The position numbers and the translations under genes are program-made. Positions 1 through 12,714 of a DNA stretch of 64,000 nucleotides are shown in pieces. Source of the stretch: Mobula hypostoma (Eukaryota); assembly GCF_963921235.1 (NCBI RefSeq), contig NC_086097.1, forward strand, positions 199,580,001 to 199,644,000, written 5' to 3'. A model generated the notes under the pieces. That model saw only the letters and a program-made list of their open reading frames with translations. It was not told where the DNA came from and searched no databases. The first letter of the stretch is position 1, and every line of letters begins with the position of its first letter.

Positions 1-1689
1 GGACATGGCAGACCAATTGAATAACTATTTTGGTTCTGTCCTCACTAAGGAGGACATAAATAATCTTCCAGAAATAGTAGGGGACAGAGGGTCCAGTGAG
101 ATGGAGGAACTGAGGGAAATACATGTTAATAAGGAAGTGATGTTAGGTAAATTGAAGGGATTAAAGGCAGATAAATCCCCAGGGCCAGATGGTCTGCATC
201 CCAGAGTGCTTAAGGAAGTAGCCCAAGAAATAGTGGATGCATTAGTGATAATTTTTCAAAACTCGTTAGATTCTGGACTAGTTCCTGAGGATTGGAGGGT
301 GGCTAATGTAACCCCGCTTTTTAAAAAAGGAGGGAGAGAGAAGCTGGGGAATTATAGACCAGTTAGCCTAACATCGGTGGTGGGGAAAATGCTAGAGTCA
401 GTTATCAAAGATGTGGTAACAGCACATTTGGCAAGCGGTGAAATCATCAGACAAAGTCAGCATGGATTTGTGAAAGGAAAATCATGTCTGACGAATCTCA
501 CAGAATTTTTTGAGGATGTAACTGGTAGAGTGGATAGGGGAGAACCAGTGGATGTGGTATATTTGGATTTTCAAAAGGCTTTTGACAAGGTCCCACACAG
601 GAGATTAGTGTGCAAACTTAAAGCACACGGTATTGGGGGTAAGGTATTGATGTGGATAGAGAATTGGTTGGCAGACAGGAAGCAAAGATTGGGAATAAAC
701 GGGACCTTTTCAGAATGGCAGGCAGTGACTAGTGGGGTACCGCAAGGCTCAGTGCTGGGACCACAGTGGTTTACAATATATATTAATGACTTGGATGAGG
801 GAATTAAATGCAGCATCTCCAAGTCTGCGGATGACATGAAGCTGGACGGCAGTGTTAGTTGTGAGGAGGATGCTAAGAGGATGCAGGGTGACTTGGATTG
901 GTTAGGTGAGTGGGCAAATTCATGGCAGATGCAATTTAATATGGATAACTGTGAGGTTATCCACTTTGGTGGCAAAAATAGGAAAACAGATTATTATCTG
1001 AATGGTGGCCGATTAGGAAAAGGGGAGGTGCAACGAGACTTGGGTGTCATTATACACCAGTCATTGAAAGTGGGCATGCAGGTACAGCAGGCGGTGAAAA
1101 AGGCGAATGGTATGCTGGCATTTATAGCGAGAGGATTCGAGTACAGGAGCGGGGAGGTACTACTGCAGTTGTACAAGGCCTTGGTGAGACCACACCTGGA
1201 GTATTGTGTGCAGTTTTGGTCCCCTAATCTGAGGAAAGACATTCTTGCCATAGAGGGAGTACAAAGAAGGTTCACCAGATTGATTCCTGGGATGGAAGGA
1301 CTTTCATATGATGAAAGACTGGATCGACAAGGCTTTTTCTCTCTGGAATTCAGAAGATTGAGGGGGGATCTTATTGAAACGTATAAAATCCTAAAGGGAT
1401 TGGACAGGCTAGATTCAGGAAGATTGTTCCCGATTTTGGGGAAGTCCAGAATGAGGGGTCACAGTTTGAGGATAAAGGGGAAGTCTTTTAGGACCGAGAT
1501 TAGGAAAAACTTCTTCACCCAGAGAGTGGTGAATCTGTGGAATTCTCTGCCACAGGAAACAGTTGAGGCAAAGGGATCAGTGGGTATGGAGGGAAAGCTG
1601 GTACAGGGTTTTGAGTTGGATGATCAGCCATGATCATACTGAATTGCGGTGCAGGCTACTCCTGCACCTATTTTCTATGTTTCTATGTC
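1..1689 (+). mobile_element. CR1-clade LINE, ORF2 reverse transcriptase region and 3' tail (runs off window start)
   Basis: ORF 5-1633 has KSPGPDG, NYRPVSLTS, DFQKAFDKVPH, GVPQGSVLGP and RPHLEYCVQFWSP. The catalytic motif reads SADD instead of FADD. (TTCTATGT)n tail near 1672-1688. Confidence 0.95.
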
Positions 1690-3075
1690 CAGGTGACGTA
1701 TTTCCTTTCAGACCTTACAGTTTGCCAAGAACCTTCTCTCTGCTTATGGTAACTTCACACACTTCATGCCCCCAGACAGCAGGAACCTCCATCATACTGC
1801 TAATGTCTTCCACATTGAAGGCTGATGCAAAGTACTTATTCAGTTCATTCGCCATTTCATTGTCCCTGATTATTACCTCTCCAGAACTTTTTTCCAGCAG
1901 TCTAATATCTACTCTCACCTCTCTTTTACACTTTATGTATCAGAAGAAACTTTTGGTATGCTCTTTAATACTATTGGCTATCTTTTTTTTTCCATCTTTA
2001 CCTTCTTAATGAGTTTTTTAGTTGCCTTCTGCTGATATTGGCTCTTATGTTGGCTTTAACTTCTCTTGTTAGCCACGGTTGTGCCATCTTACCTTTCAGA
2101 TACTTCTTGCTCTTCGGGAAGTACATATCATGTGCCTTCCGAATTGCTTCCAGAAATTCCAAACCTTGCTGTTCTGCCATCATCCCTGCCAGTGTTCTTT
2201 ACCAACCAATTCTGACCAAATCCTCTCTTATGCTTCCATAATTCCCTTTACTCCACTATAATACTGATACATCTGACTTTAACTTCTCCTTCTCAAATTT
2301 CAGGGTGAATTCAGTCATATTATGTATTCCCATGGTAGGAGATTCTCGGATAAGAGAGCACAACTTCAGGATTGAAGGATGTCCATTTAGAACTGAGATG
2401 CAGAGAAATTATTTTAATCAGAGGGTGGTAAATCTGTGGGATTTGTTGCCACGAGCACCTGTGGAGGCCAAGTCACTGGGTGTATTTAAGGCAGAGATAG
2501 ATAGGTTCTTGATTATCTGGGGCATCAGAGGGTATGGGGTGAAGGCAGGTGAGTGGGGATGACTGGAAGAATTTGATCAGCCCATTATTGAATGATGGAG
2601 AAGACTCGATTGACCAAATGGCCTACTTCTGCTCCTATATCTTATGGTCTTATGGTCTTATTATGATCACTTACCCCTAAGGGTTCTTTTACTTTAAGCT
2701 CCAGTTCATTGCACAACACCCAATCCAGAATAGCTGATCCCTGTAGTGGGCTCAACCATAAGCTACTCTAAAAAGACATCTATTAGGCATTCGAGAACTT
2801 CCTCCTCTTGGAATCCAGCACCAATTGATTTGCCAAATCTACCAGCATATTGAAATCCCCCATGAATTTTCTAACATTGCCCTTTAGGCATGTATTTTCT
2901 ATCTTCTAACGTAACTTGTAGACCACATCCTTGCTGCTGTCTGGGGGTCTGTATATAACTCTCATTAGGGTATTTTTACTCTTGCTCTTCCTTAACGCTA
3001 TCCACAATGATTCAGCTCCTTCCAACCCTATGTCACCTCTTTCTAAGATTTGATTCCATTTTTTACCAACATGTA
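1690..3075 (-). mobile_element. Decayed, internally deleted CR1 LINE (endonuclease/linker region)
   Basis: Minus ORF fragments MANELNKYFASAF, QPWLTREVK and ESLWIALRKSK..VIYRPPDS. Confidence 0.85.
2325..2658 (+). mobile_element. 5'-truncated CR1 3' end inserted into older CR1
   Basis: FRTEMQRNYFNQRVVNLW; (TCTTATGG)n tail; TATTATG duplicated at 2318-2324 and 2659-2665. Confidence 0.9.
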
Positions 3076-4859
3076 TCATAATTTTTTTAGGTTCTATGGT
3101 AACACAATCATGGACATTGGCTTTCTGTTTATTGTGTCCATACCAATAGATACACGCATCTATATTCATCCCAGGGAACAGATATAGAAAAATGTAACAG
3201 GAATTTGTTCACACCAGTATTAGGGCACTAGCAGATTCAGTTGGATGACATCCCCACTTCCTCTCACCCTACAAGCTGTCCTGAATTCACAACAGAACCC
3301 ACTCTCACATAACCCACAATCTTCCCATTGTCCCTCCTTCTGGTTTGCAGATCCAACAGCTGTCAGTGGAAGAAAATAATAGTGATAATTTGCTTTGTAT
3401 TTTGAAATTTAATGTTCCGGTTTCCGCCATTCCCTTTCCATCCCCTGCTGCATGAAAATATTGGGAACAATGGCGTTAGTCTTTCATGGATCTCAGAGGT
3501 AAAATAGAAAAAGAGCAATTAGGAGGAACTAACATTAGGTGGGAAGATTTACATTTGATGTTTACAGTATGTCTGCTCATGGCATATGACATTACATAAA
3601 TCCCAGACAGTAGGTCATCTGTTTTGTCAGACATTGGACACATTATTGGATACCATAGATTGTGATACTGGTATCATCTAACAACAATATTTTACTTAGT
3701 ATTTCGTCACAGAAATGGGTCACTTGAATGAAACACTGTAAGCAATTCTTGATTCTAACAGCATGCCTTGCTCCTTTACCCCATATTCTGCTTTCTTTTA
3801 ACCATCTGTCCAACCTAGCTTGATAAAATTCCATCAATGAGCATTTTTGACAGGTAATAATATTTCAGCACAGAGACCAAAGAGCCAGCTACTGCATTAA
3901 TTAGAGTTATCATGGAAATTTTTTTGGCAGTGCCATGGGTCTAAGAATCAGGACAGGCACTGAAGATAAATGGCAATGAACTACAAAGGATCCTACAGCT
4001 GCAGTCACCACCATTCCTTACCCTTCCAGGTAAACAAACAACACTTCAGGCTCCTCGCTGGCAGACGTTTCTTTGCCCAGAATATTAATATTCATCATCT
4101 AAACAGCAACTGCTTACAACTTTAAAATATAGAATGAACTGGAAAAAATAAACAGAACATACAGGCTGAAGCTATCAGTGTTGGTGACAGAGTTCATTAT
4201 GTGAAGGGTAAGGGAATGCTAGTAGAAATCATTTTTCAGCCTAGAGGCACATAAAATTAAATTTGACAGGATAGGAGCTGCTGCAGACCAAGAGATCCCT
4301 TTGAAGGTCCCTGAGCTCTAACTGTACCACCGCATGAGAAGTCAACAGCAGTTCCGCTTTCCCTGTGACACTAAACTGACAGTTCCCTAAATTTACTCTC
4401 AAGTTTGACTAAATGCGTCACCACTCTGACGTAAACAACAATTGTTCTAAGTGTATGATATTCTTGCCTCTCAACTGATTATAGGCAGTAAACATTAAGG
4501 CATCCATCTCAATTATACTCAAAACCTTTCAGCAAAATACATGGTAAGTTATTGGTTTATTCCACTAGTTAGGAATTCCACTAGTTTGTTAATATACCAG
4601 AATAATTTTCTTCACAATATTTAATTACTAAAAGATAAAACTACATTCTTAAGAAGATGCTCATTCACTACTTTTGGAGAGTTTGAACGTCATTCTAATA
4701 TCATTTCGGTGAAACCTTGTGAATTGTCATTCATTCTCTAATATTTATTTTCCATGAATTTGATCATTGAATCTAATCATGACCTTAAACTTTCAAGCTT
4801 TACAGTTATATCTGACATTTTCGAGAACTGAGGAATCCAGAATTTATTTTAATATGCCA

Positions 4860-5160
4860 AAACAAAACTAGTCATTAGTAATAATGAGCACAATATCATC
4901 TGTTCTAAAAAGTCATCTGGTTCACTAATGTCCTTCATGGGTGGATCAAAATTAAAGAGGCTTTCTGAAAAGATGGACTTAACAGGGGATCACTTTTAAT
5001 TTTAATTATTTATTATTTATTGTGTGGTTGCATTGGGGTCAGATATATTTCAGACAAGGTGAGGATAGCATATCTCCACCCATGAAGGACATTAGTGAAC
5101 CAGATGACTTTTTAGAATAGATGATATTGTGGTCATTATTACTAACGACTAATTTTGTTT
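4860..5160. repeat. Inverted repeat, 86-bp arms (4860-4945 and 5075-5160), 129-bp spacer
   Basis: Arms are reverse complements with 4 mismatches by manual alignment. Confidence 0.9.
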
Positions 5161-5262
5161 GCAATTCCAGATTATTATCTGAGTTTAAATTTCACAATTG
5201 CGATTGTAGTTGAACTTGTCTCTGGATTACTAGTCCAGTAGTGTAGTTGCTAAGCCACCGTG
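5030..5262 (-). mobile_element. Old tRNA-derived SINE (family not assigned)
   Basis: Minus strand GGTGGCTTAGC..ACTGGACTAGTAATCCAGAG..AGTTCAAC (A/B-box-like), then the CATCTGGTTCACTAATGTCCTT body I associate with chondrichthyan SINEs. Confidence 0.6.
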
Positions 5263-5719
5263 TATTCTATTGAACTGAGTGACTATTAATACCTCACAAC
5301 ATCCTTTGTGATGTATCATCTGGAGGTTAGAAAGTGTAGAAAGTGAAAAAGTACATGTAATTATCTGGTTACATTTAAGATATGGGCAACCTTTTCCCCT
5401 TCTGTTTCTAATTTTCCAGGACAAAACAATATTAATTACAGTATTTCCTGCTGCTAACTCAGCCTGCTATGAACTGTTGAATAAGAAGTCACCAAGACAG
5501 GGTCAAAGAACAGCAGGCCCAATTATCCACATTGCTTGTGCTTTGCTGATGATCAACATGTCAGCTACAAGTCTTTCGTAGCATTATAATATTGTAGAAT
5601 TTTCCACATACTAAAATTAGTTCTTCAATCTGATGTAGCACAAAATGTCATATCTCACAAGTTTGTCCAATAACTCATTATTTTGAACTCAGTGCCTCTC
5701 AATAAAACCCTATGGTGTT

Positions 5720-6790
5720 ACAGGAAAGGGAAAGATACTGGCATGGATAAAGGAATTGCTGACAGGTAGGAGGCAGCGAGTAGGAATAAAAGGGGCCTTT
5801 ACTTTATGACTGCCAGTGACTAGTGATGTTCCTCAGGGGTCAGTATTGGGACCGCTACCTTTCACATTGTCAGTGATTTAGATGATGGCTTTGTGGCAAA
5901 GTATGTAGATGACATGAAGATAGGTGGAGGGGTAGGTAGTGCTGAGGAAGCAATAGAATTGTAGCAGAACTTAGACAAACTGGAAGAATGGGCAAAAAGT
6001 GGCAGATGGAACACAGTTTTGGGAAATGTATGATATTGTATTTTGGTAAAAGGAACAATAGTGCAAACTATTATTTAAGTGGGGAGAAACTTCAAACATC
6101 AGAGGTGCACTTGGGAGTCCTCATGCAAAACTCCCATAAGGCTAATTTACAGGTTGAGTCTGTGGTAAAGAAGGCAAATACGATGTTGATATTTATTTCG
6201 GGGGACTAGAATATAAAAACAAGGAGATAATGCAGAGCCATTACAAGGCACTAGTCAGGCCACATGGATTATCCTCAACAGTTTGAGCGCCATATCTCAG
6301 AAAGGATGTGGTATCATTGGAGAGAGTCCAGAGGAGATTTATGAGGATGATTCTTGGAATGAAGGGGTTAAAATATAAGGAGCGTTTGGTAGCCTTAAGC
6401 CTGTGCTCACTGGAATTTAGAAGAATGTGTGGGGATCTCATTGAAACCTATCAAATGTTGAAAGGACTAGGTAAGCTGGATATGGAGAGGATGTTTCCTA
6501 TGGTGGGGGTACCCAGAACTAGAGGACAGAGCTTCAAAATTGAGGGGTGACCTTTTAGAACAGAGATAAAAAGGAATTTTTGTAGCCAGAGAGTAGTGAA
6601 TCTATAGAATGCTCTGCCACAGACTGCATTGGAATCCAAGTCCGTGGGTATATTTAAAGCAGAAGTTGATAGTTTCCTGATTGGTCAGGGCATCAAAGGT
6701 TGAGTGGGATCCAAGAACAGCCATGATGGAATGGCAGAGCAGACTCGATGGGCTGAATGGCCTAATTATGCTCCTATGTCTTGTGATCTA
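5720..6790 (+). mobile_element. Decayed CR1 LINE 3' half
   Basis: Fragments KKWQME, LERVQRRFMRMI and GDLIETYQMLKG; CR1-type 3' UTR. Confidence 0.9.
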
Positions 6791-7139
6791 AACAGAGTAC
6801 AGTAAAGTTCAATAATCCAGAATCAAATTGTTTAAATTCCAGTGGTCTGGCATCACGTTCATTTACTAATTCAGTCACATGTGACCCAGGGGTCCAAAGG
6901 GCCAACATTGTGTCTGAGGAAAGCCTAAAGTCCAGAGTGTAGCCAGGACAAGGGTCCAGTTTGTTAGCCAGTTGTGTGTATACAAATCTGGGGATGGGAA
7001 TCCAAGCACGATGGTCAGGAACATGGGCAAGTTTGACATTGGAGCTACACTCCAGAATGCTTGTATACTTGCTGCTTCCTTTGATTTCATGAAAAATAAT
7101 TATGCTACTGTATGAATTGGAAAAGAAGTGAAATAAAAT

Positions 7140-7356
7140 TGTAAACACGAGGAATTCTGCAGATGCTGGAAATTCAAGTAACACACATCAAAGTTGCTGG
7201 TGAACGCAGCAGGCCAGGCAGCATCTCTAGGAAGAGGTACAGTCGACGTTTCGGGCCGAGACCCTTCGTCAGGACTAACATCTCGGCCCGAAACGTCGAC
7301 TGTACCTCTTCCTAGAGATGCTGCCTGGCCTGCTATGTTCACCAGCAACTTTGATG
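7140..7356 (-). mobile_element. Penelope-derived short element with inverted duplication
   Basis: 76-bp arms 7186-7261 and 7281-7356 (2 mismatches); flanked by TGAAATAAAAT at 7129-7139 and 7355-7365; same unit recurs at 9489, 39278 and 63861. Confidence 0.85.
7241..7276 (-). ncRNA. Minimal hammerhead ribozyme motif
   Basis: Minus strand AGUC-CUGACGA-A-GGGUCUCGGCCC-GAAAC-GUC-GACU: core CUGANGA and GAAA, stem II GGG/CCC, stem I AGUC/GACU, palindromic ACGU in place of stem III, GUC triplet. Confidence 0.8.
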
Positions 7357-8221
7357 AAATAAAATCGTTTAGTTATTAAAAGGAACAGCATCCAATAGAC
7401 AGGAAAATCTGCAGCTCCCGGGTTACAGAAGTCCCAGGAGATCTGCATTATTGACGTTTTCCTGTACCGTGAAATGGCGATCCTCGGTCAATAGCTAATG
7501 ATTTGCCAAAACAACAAAACTTGATCCTCTTTCACCTGACAACATCCAAAATGAGCTCTGGATGATTAATAGTGGTCACACCTAGATTGTCCTTTCCACC
7601 TAATGCCTGATGCATGACAATTAAGAAGACACGGTCTAATTTCCTGAACTGCAGGGATCTGGGAGATTAACTAATTAGCAGACAATTGAGATTCAGCTGC
7701 AAAAAATAACCCTGAAAAATACAGCACCATGTAATTTAACTTTAACGTAGTAGATTTATATGGAATTTATAAATGAACATTTCATGTTCAACTACCAGCC
7801 GTTTCCCCATCTTTGAAAGGCAAACTTTTACAACTGTTCAAAACATGATCTGTGTTTAAAACTGGCACCATCTGCTGTAGCCTCAATTAAAGCAGACATG
7901 GGCTGACACTTCCTTACTTTTTGACATCAGTTCAGAAGAGAATTATGATTAAGATGCTCTTTGTGGGTCAGTATGATCCTGGCTTTCAGTCCCATGCGTT
8001 ATACCGCAGGACACAGAAAGATGTTGGAAGCAGATGCCGGCACATTTGACCCCAAGTTACACATTAATTTTAACACTGAATTCAAGGACGAAGCTCAGCC
8101 CTGTTTGATTTCCAGCCCATTAGCTTCAAACCTGTGACCTAGTCAGTGCAGACTTAGTCACTGCTTCACTGGATGGCCACAGCTGCAAGGACTCAGGCTC
8201 CAGAGGCCGCAGAAACGTTGT

Positions 8222-8703
8222 AGTCATAGAGTCACAGAACACTACAGCACAGAAACAGGCCCTTCAGCCCACATAGTCCATGCTGAACCATTAATCTGCC
8301 AAGTCCCATCAACCTGCACCCAGACCACAGCCCTCTATAACGCTTCCATCCATGGACTGATCCAAATGTCTCTTAAATGCTGAAGTTGACCCTGCATCTA
8401 TCATTTTCAATGGCAGCTCATTCCTTACTCTCATCACCCTCTGAGTGAAAAAATTCCCCCTTATGTTCCCTTTAAATATTTCAACTTTCACCTTTAAACC
8501 ATGATCTCTAGGTTTATTCTCACCCAACCTTAGTGGAAAAATCCTGCTCACAATTACCCTATCTATACACATCAAAATTTTGTATGCCTCTATCAGATCT
8601 CCCTCAACCTTCTATGTTTTAGGGAATGAAGTCCAAGCGTATTCAAGCTTTCCCTGTAACTCAGTTCCTCAATCCTGGCAATATCCTTATAAATTTTCTC
8701 TGT
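8222..8703 (-). mobile_element. CR1 LINE 3' end
   Basis: FKGNIRGNFFTQRVMRVRNELP; tail near 8222-8240. Confidence 0.85.
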
Positions 8704-10082
8704 AAGATAGATAAAGGGATGCAGCGGATTTTGTATATTTGGATTTTCCAAAGGCCTTTGACAAGGTGCCACACATGAGGCGGCTTAGCAAGTTAAGAGC
8801 CCAAGGTATTGCAAAAAGTTACTGGCATGGTTAGAGCATTGCCCGATTGGTAGGAGGCAGTGAGCAGAAAAAAAAGACCCTTTTCTGGTTGGCTGCCAGT
8901 GACCAGTGGTGATCTGTAGCGGTCGGTGTTGGGACCGCTTCTTCTTATGCTGCATATCAGTGATTTAGATGATGGAATAGATGGCTTTGGTGTCAAGTTT
9001 GCAGATGATATTAAGATCGTTGGAGGGGCAGGTAGTATCGAGGAAACAGATAGGCTGCAGAAGGTCTTAGAAAGATTAGGAGAATGGGCAAGAAAGTGGC
9101 AAATGAAATACAATGTTGGAAAATGTACGGTCATGCACTTTGGTAGTAGAAATAAATGTGACTATTTTCTAACTGTGGAGAAAATCCAAAAAATCTGAAA
9201 TGCAGAGGGACTTGGGACTCCTTGTGCAGAATACCCTAAAGGTTAACTTGAAGGCTGAGTCGGTGGTGATGAAGGCAAATGCAATATTAGCTTTCATTTC
9301 AAGAGGTCTGGAAGACAAGAGCAGGGATGTGATGCTGAGGCTTTATAAGGCACTGGAGAGGCCTCACCTTGAGTATTGAGAACAGTTTTGGGTTCCTCAT
9401 CTAAGAAAAGATGTGCTGGCATTGGAGAGGGTCCAAACGAGGTTCAGAAGGATAATTCTAGGAATGAAAGGGGTATCATATGAGGAACACACATAAAAGT
9501 TGCTGGTGAACGCAGCAGGCCAGGCAGCATCTGTAGGAAGAGGTACAGTCGACGTTTCAGGCCGAGACCCTTCGTCAGGACTAACTGAAGGAAGAGATAG
9601 TAAGGGATTTTAAAGTTGGAGGGGGAGGGGGAGATCCAAAATGAAGGAACGTTTGATAGCCCTAGGTCTGTACTCACTGGAATTTAGAAGAATGAAGGGG
9701 GTCTCATTGAAACTTTTTGAATGTTGAAAGGCCTAGACAGAGTAAATGTGGAAAGGATGTTTCCCATGGTGGGGGAGTCTAGGACAAGAGGGCACAGCCT
9801 CAGGATAGAGGAGCGTCCATTAAAAACAGAGATGCAGAGAAATTTCTTTTGCCAGAGGGTGGTGAATTTGTGGAATTTATTACCACAGGCAGCTGTGGAA
9901 GGCAGGTCATTGGGTGTATTTGAGGCGGAGCTTGATAGCTTCTTCATTTTTCATGGCATCAAAGGTTATGTGGAGAAAGCTGGGGAGTGGGGCTGAGGAG
10001 GGAGGAAAAAGGATCAGCCATGATTGAATGGCAGAGCAGACGATGTCCAAATGGCCCGTCTGCTCCTATGTCTTATGGTCTT
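8704..10082 (+). mobile_element. Decayed CR1 LINE (RT to tail) carrying a hammerhead-element insertion
   Basis: VKFADDIKI, WQMKYNVGKC and QRVVNLWNLLP; TCTTATGG tail. Confidence 0.9.
9489..9644 (-). mobile_element. Penelope-derived short element with hammerhead motif (9547-9582)
   Basis: Same unit as 7140; intact CUGACGA..GAAACGUC; AGGAAC duplicated at 9483-9488 and 9645-9650 within CR1. Confidence 0.85.
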
Positions 10083-10084
10083 AA

Positions 10085-12645
10085 GAGACGAAAAGATATA
10101 GGAGCAGAATTAGACCCATTGAGTCTGTGCCATTTCATCCAATTCTCATTCAGCCTCAATCTCCAGCCTTCTCCCCAATATCCCTTCGTGAATCTATTAA
10201 CCCCTGCCTGAAATATACCCAATGACCTGGCCTCCATAACCACTTACAACATTGAATTCCACAGATCTACCACTCTTTGGCTATCAAAATGCCTCCTCAT
10301 CTCTGTTCTGAATCAGTCCATCTATTCTGAGGGTGTGTCCTTAGGTCTTACATTCCCCTATCATAGGAAACATCTTCCCCACATCCACACAACTGAGACC
10401 TTTCAACATTCTTTTGAATTCCAATGAGTACAAGCTCAGAGCCATCAAACAATCCTGATATAAGCCTTTCAATCCCAAAATTATTTTCATGAATCTCTTT
10501 TGAACCCTTTCCAATGTCAGCATATCCTTTCTTTGATATCAGCAGCTCAAAGCTGCTCACAATTTTCCAAATGAGGCCTCAGCAGTGCCTTATGGAAACT
10601 CAACATTGCATCCTTGCTTTTATATTCTAGTCCTCTCAAAATGAATGCTAACATGGCATTTGCCTTCCTCACCACTAAATGAACCAGCAAATCAACCTTG
10701 AGGGAATCCTACACAAGGGCTCACAAGTCCCTTTGCACCTCAGATTTCTGAATTTTCTCTCCATTTAGAAAACAGTCTACACTTTTGTTTCTTCTACCAA
10801 GGTGCATGACCCTGTATACATTTCCCGACACTGTATTCCATCTGCCACTTCTTTGCGCATATTCCTAATCTGTCTAAGTGTTCTGTAATTTCTTTGCTCC
10901 TTCAACACTACTTGTCTCTCCACATATCTTTGTAATCATCCACAAACTTGGCCACAAAGCTATCAATTCCATCATCCAAATCATTGACATATAACATAAA
11001 AGTAAGTGGTTTCAACACTAATCCCTGTGGAACAACACTAGTCAATGGCAGCCAACCAGAAAAAGCTCCCTTTATTCCAACTCTTTGCCTCCTGCCAATT
11101 GACTAATGCTCCATCCATGCTAGAAGCTTTCCTATACTACCATGGGCTCTTAACTTGTTAAGGAGCCTCATGTATGGCACCTAGTCAAAGACCTTCTGAA
11201 AATCCAAGTACGCAACATCAACCAATTCTCCTTTGTCTATCCTGCTCATTATTTCTTCAAAGAATTTCAACAGATTTGTCAGGCAAGATTTTCGCTTGAG
11301 GAAACCATAATGACTTTGGCCCAATTTGTCATGTGCCTCCAAGTACCCCAAAACCACACCTTAACAATTGACTCTAACATCTTCCCAGCCACTAAGATCA
11401 GGCTAACTGGCCTATAATTTCCTACCTTCTGCCACTCTCCCTTCTTGAAGAATGAAGTGACATTTGAAATTTTCCAGTCCTCCCGAACCATGCCAGAATC
11501 TATTGATTCTCGAAAGATTATTACTGATGCCTCCACAATCTCTTCTGCTACCTCTTTCAGAACCCCGATGTGTAGACCAACCAGTCCAGGTGACTTATCT
11601 ACCTTCAGATCTTTCAGTTTCCCAAGCACCATCTCCATAGTAATAGTAACTGCACTCACTTCTGCCCCTTGACACCCTCAAACTTCCAGCATACTACTAG
11701 TATATTCCACAGTGAAGACTGATACAAAATACTTACTCAGTTCTTCTGCCATTTCTGTATGCAGCATTATTTTCCTATGGTCCAATATCTGCTCTTACTT
11801 CTCTTTTATTCTGTATATCTGAAAAAACATTTGGTATCATTTTTGATATTACTGGCTAGCTTACCTTCATATTTCATCATTCCCCACTCCCGCCATGGTT
11901 TTTCTAGATACCTTCTCTAGTTTTTTAAAAAATTTCCCAATGCTCTAGCTTCCCACTAATTTTTGCTCTGTTATATACTCTCTCTTAGGCTTTTATGTTG
12001 GCTTTGACTTCCCTGGTCAGCCATGGTTGCATCACCCTGCCTTTAGAATAATTCCTCTTCTTTGGGATCCTTTTCAATTGCTCCTAGAAACTCCAGACAT
12101 CCCTGCTGGTGTCCCCTTCCAATCAACTTTGGCCGGTTACTCTCTTATGCCTCTGTAATTCCCTTTACTCCACCGTATTACTGATACATCTGACTTCAGC
12201 TTCTCCCTCTCAAATTGCAGGGTGAATTCCATTATATTATGATCACTGTTTCCTAAGGGTTCCTTTACGTTAAGCTCCTTAATCAAACCCAGTTCATAAC
12301 ACAACACCCAATCCAGAATTGCTGATCCCTTAGCGGGCTCAACTATAAGCTGCTCCACAAAGCCATCTTGGAGGTATTCCACAAATCCTCTCTCGGGATC
12401 CAGCATCAATTTGATTTTCCCAATCTATCCACATATTGAAATCCCCCATGACTATCATAAGATTGCCTTTTTGACATGCCTTTTTTGTCACCTGCTGTAA
12501 TTTGTAAACCACATCCTGGCTACTGTTCAGAGACCCGTAAATAACTCCATCAGGGTCTTCATACCCTTGCAGTTCTCTTAAATCTGCCCACAAGGATTCT
12601 ACATCTTCTGATCCTATGTCACCTCCTTCCAAAGAGTTGATTTTA
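10085..12645 (-). mobile_element. Decayed long CR1 LINE (endonuclease to tail), tail-to-tail with previous copy
   Basis: VMGDFN, AILDWVL, LGNSDHNI, KSPG, NYRPVSL and LERVQKRF fragments. Confidence 0.9.
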
Positions 12646-12714
12646 TTTTTTTATTTTTAATTATCTCCTGCCTGAGCAAGGAACTGGACTGGCTGCCATC
12701 ACCTATGTCATCTA

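Noticed and set aside
5..1633. Active or domesticated reverse transcriptase gene
   Set aside because: Ordinary CR1 ORF2 with an altered catalytic motif (SADD) and a deleted C-terminal end.
7100..7379. Mirror-image ORFs on both strands
   Set aside because: A consequence of the inverted duplication.
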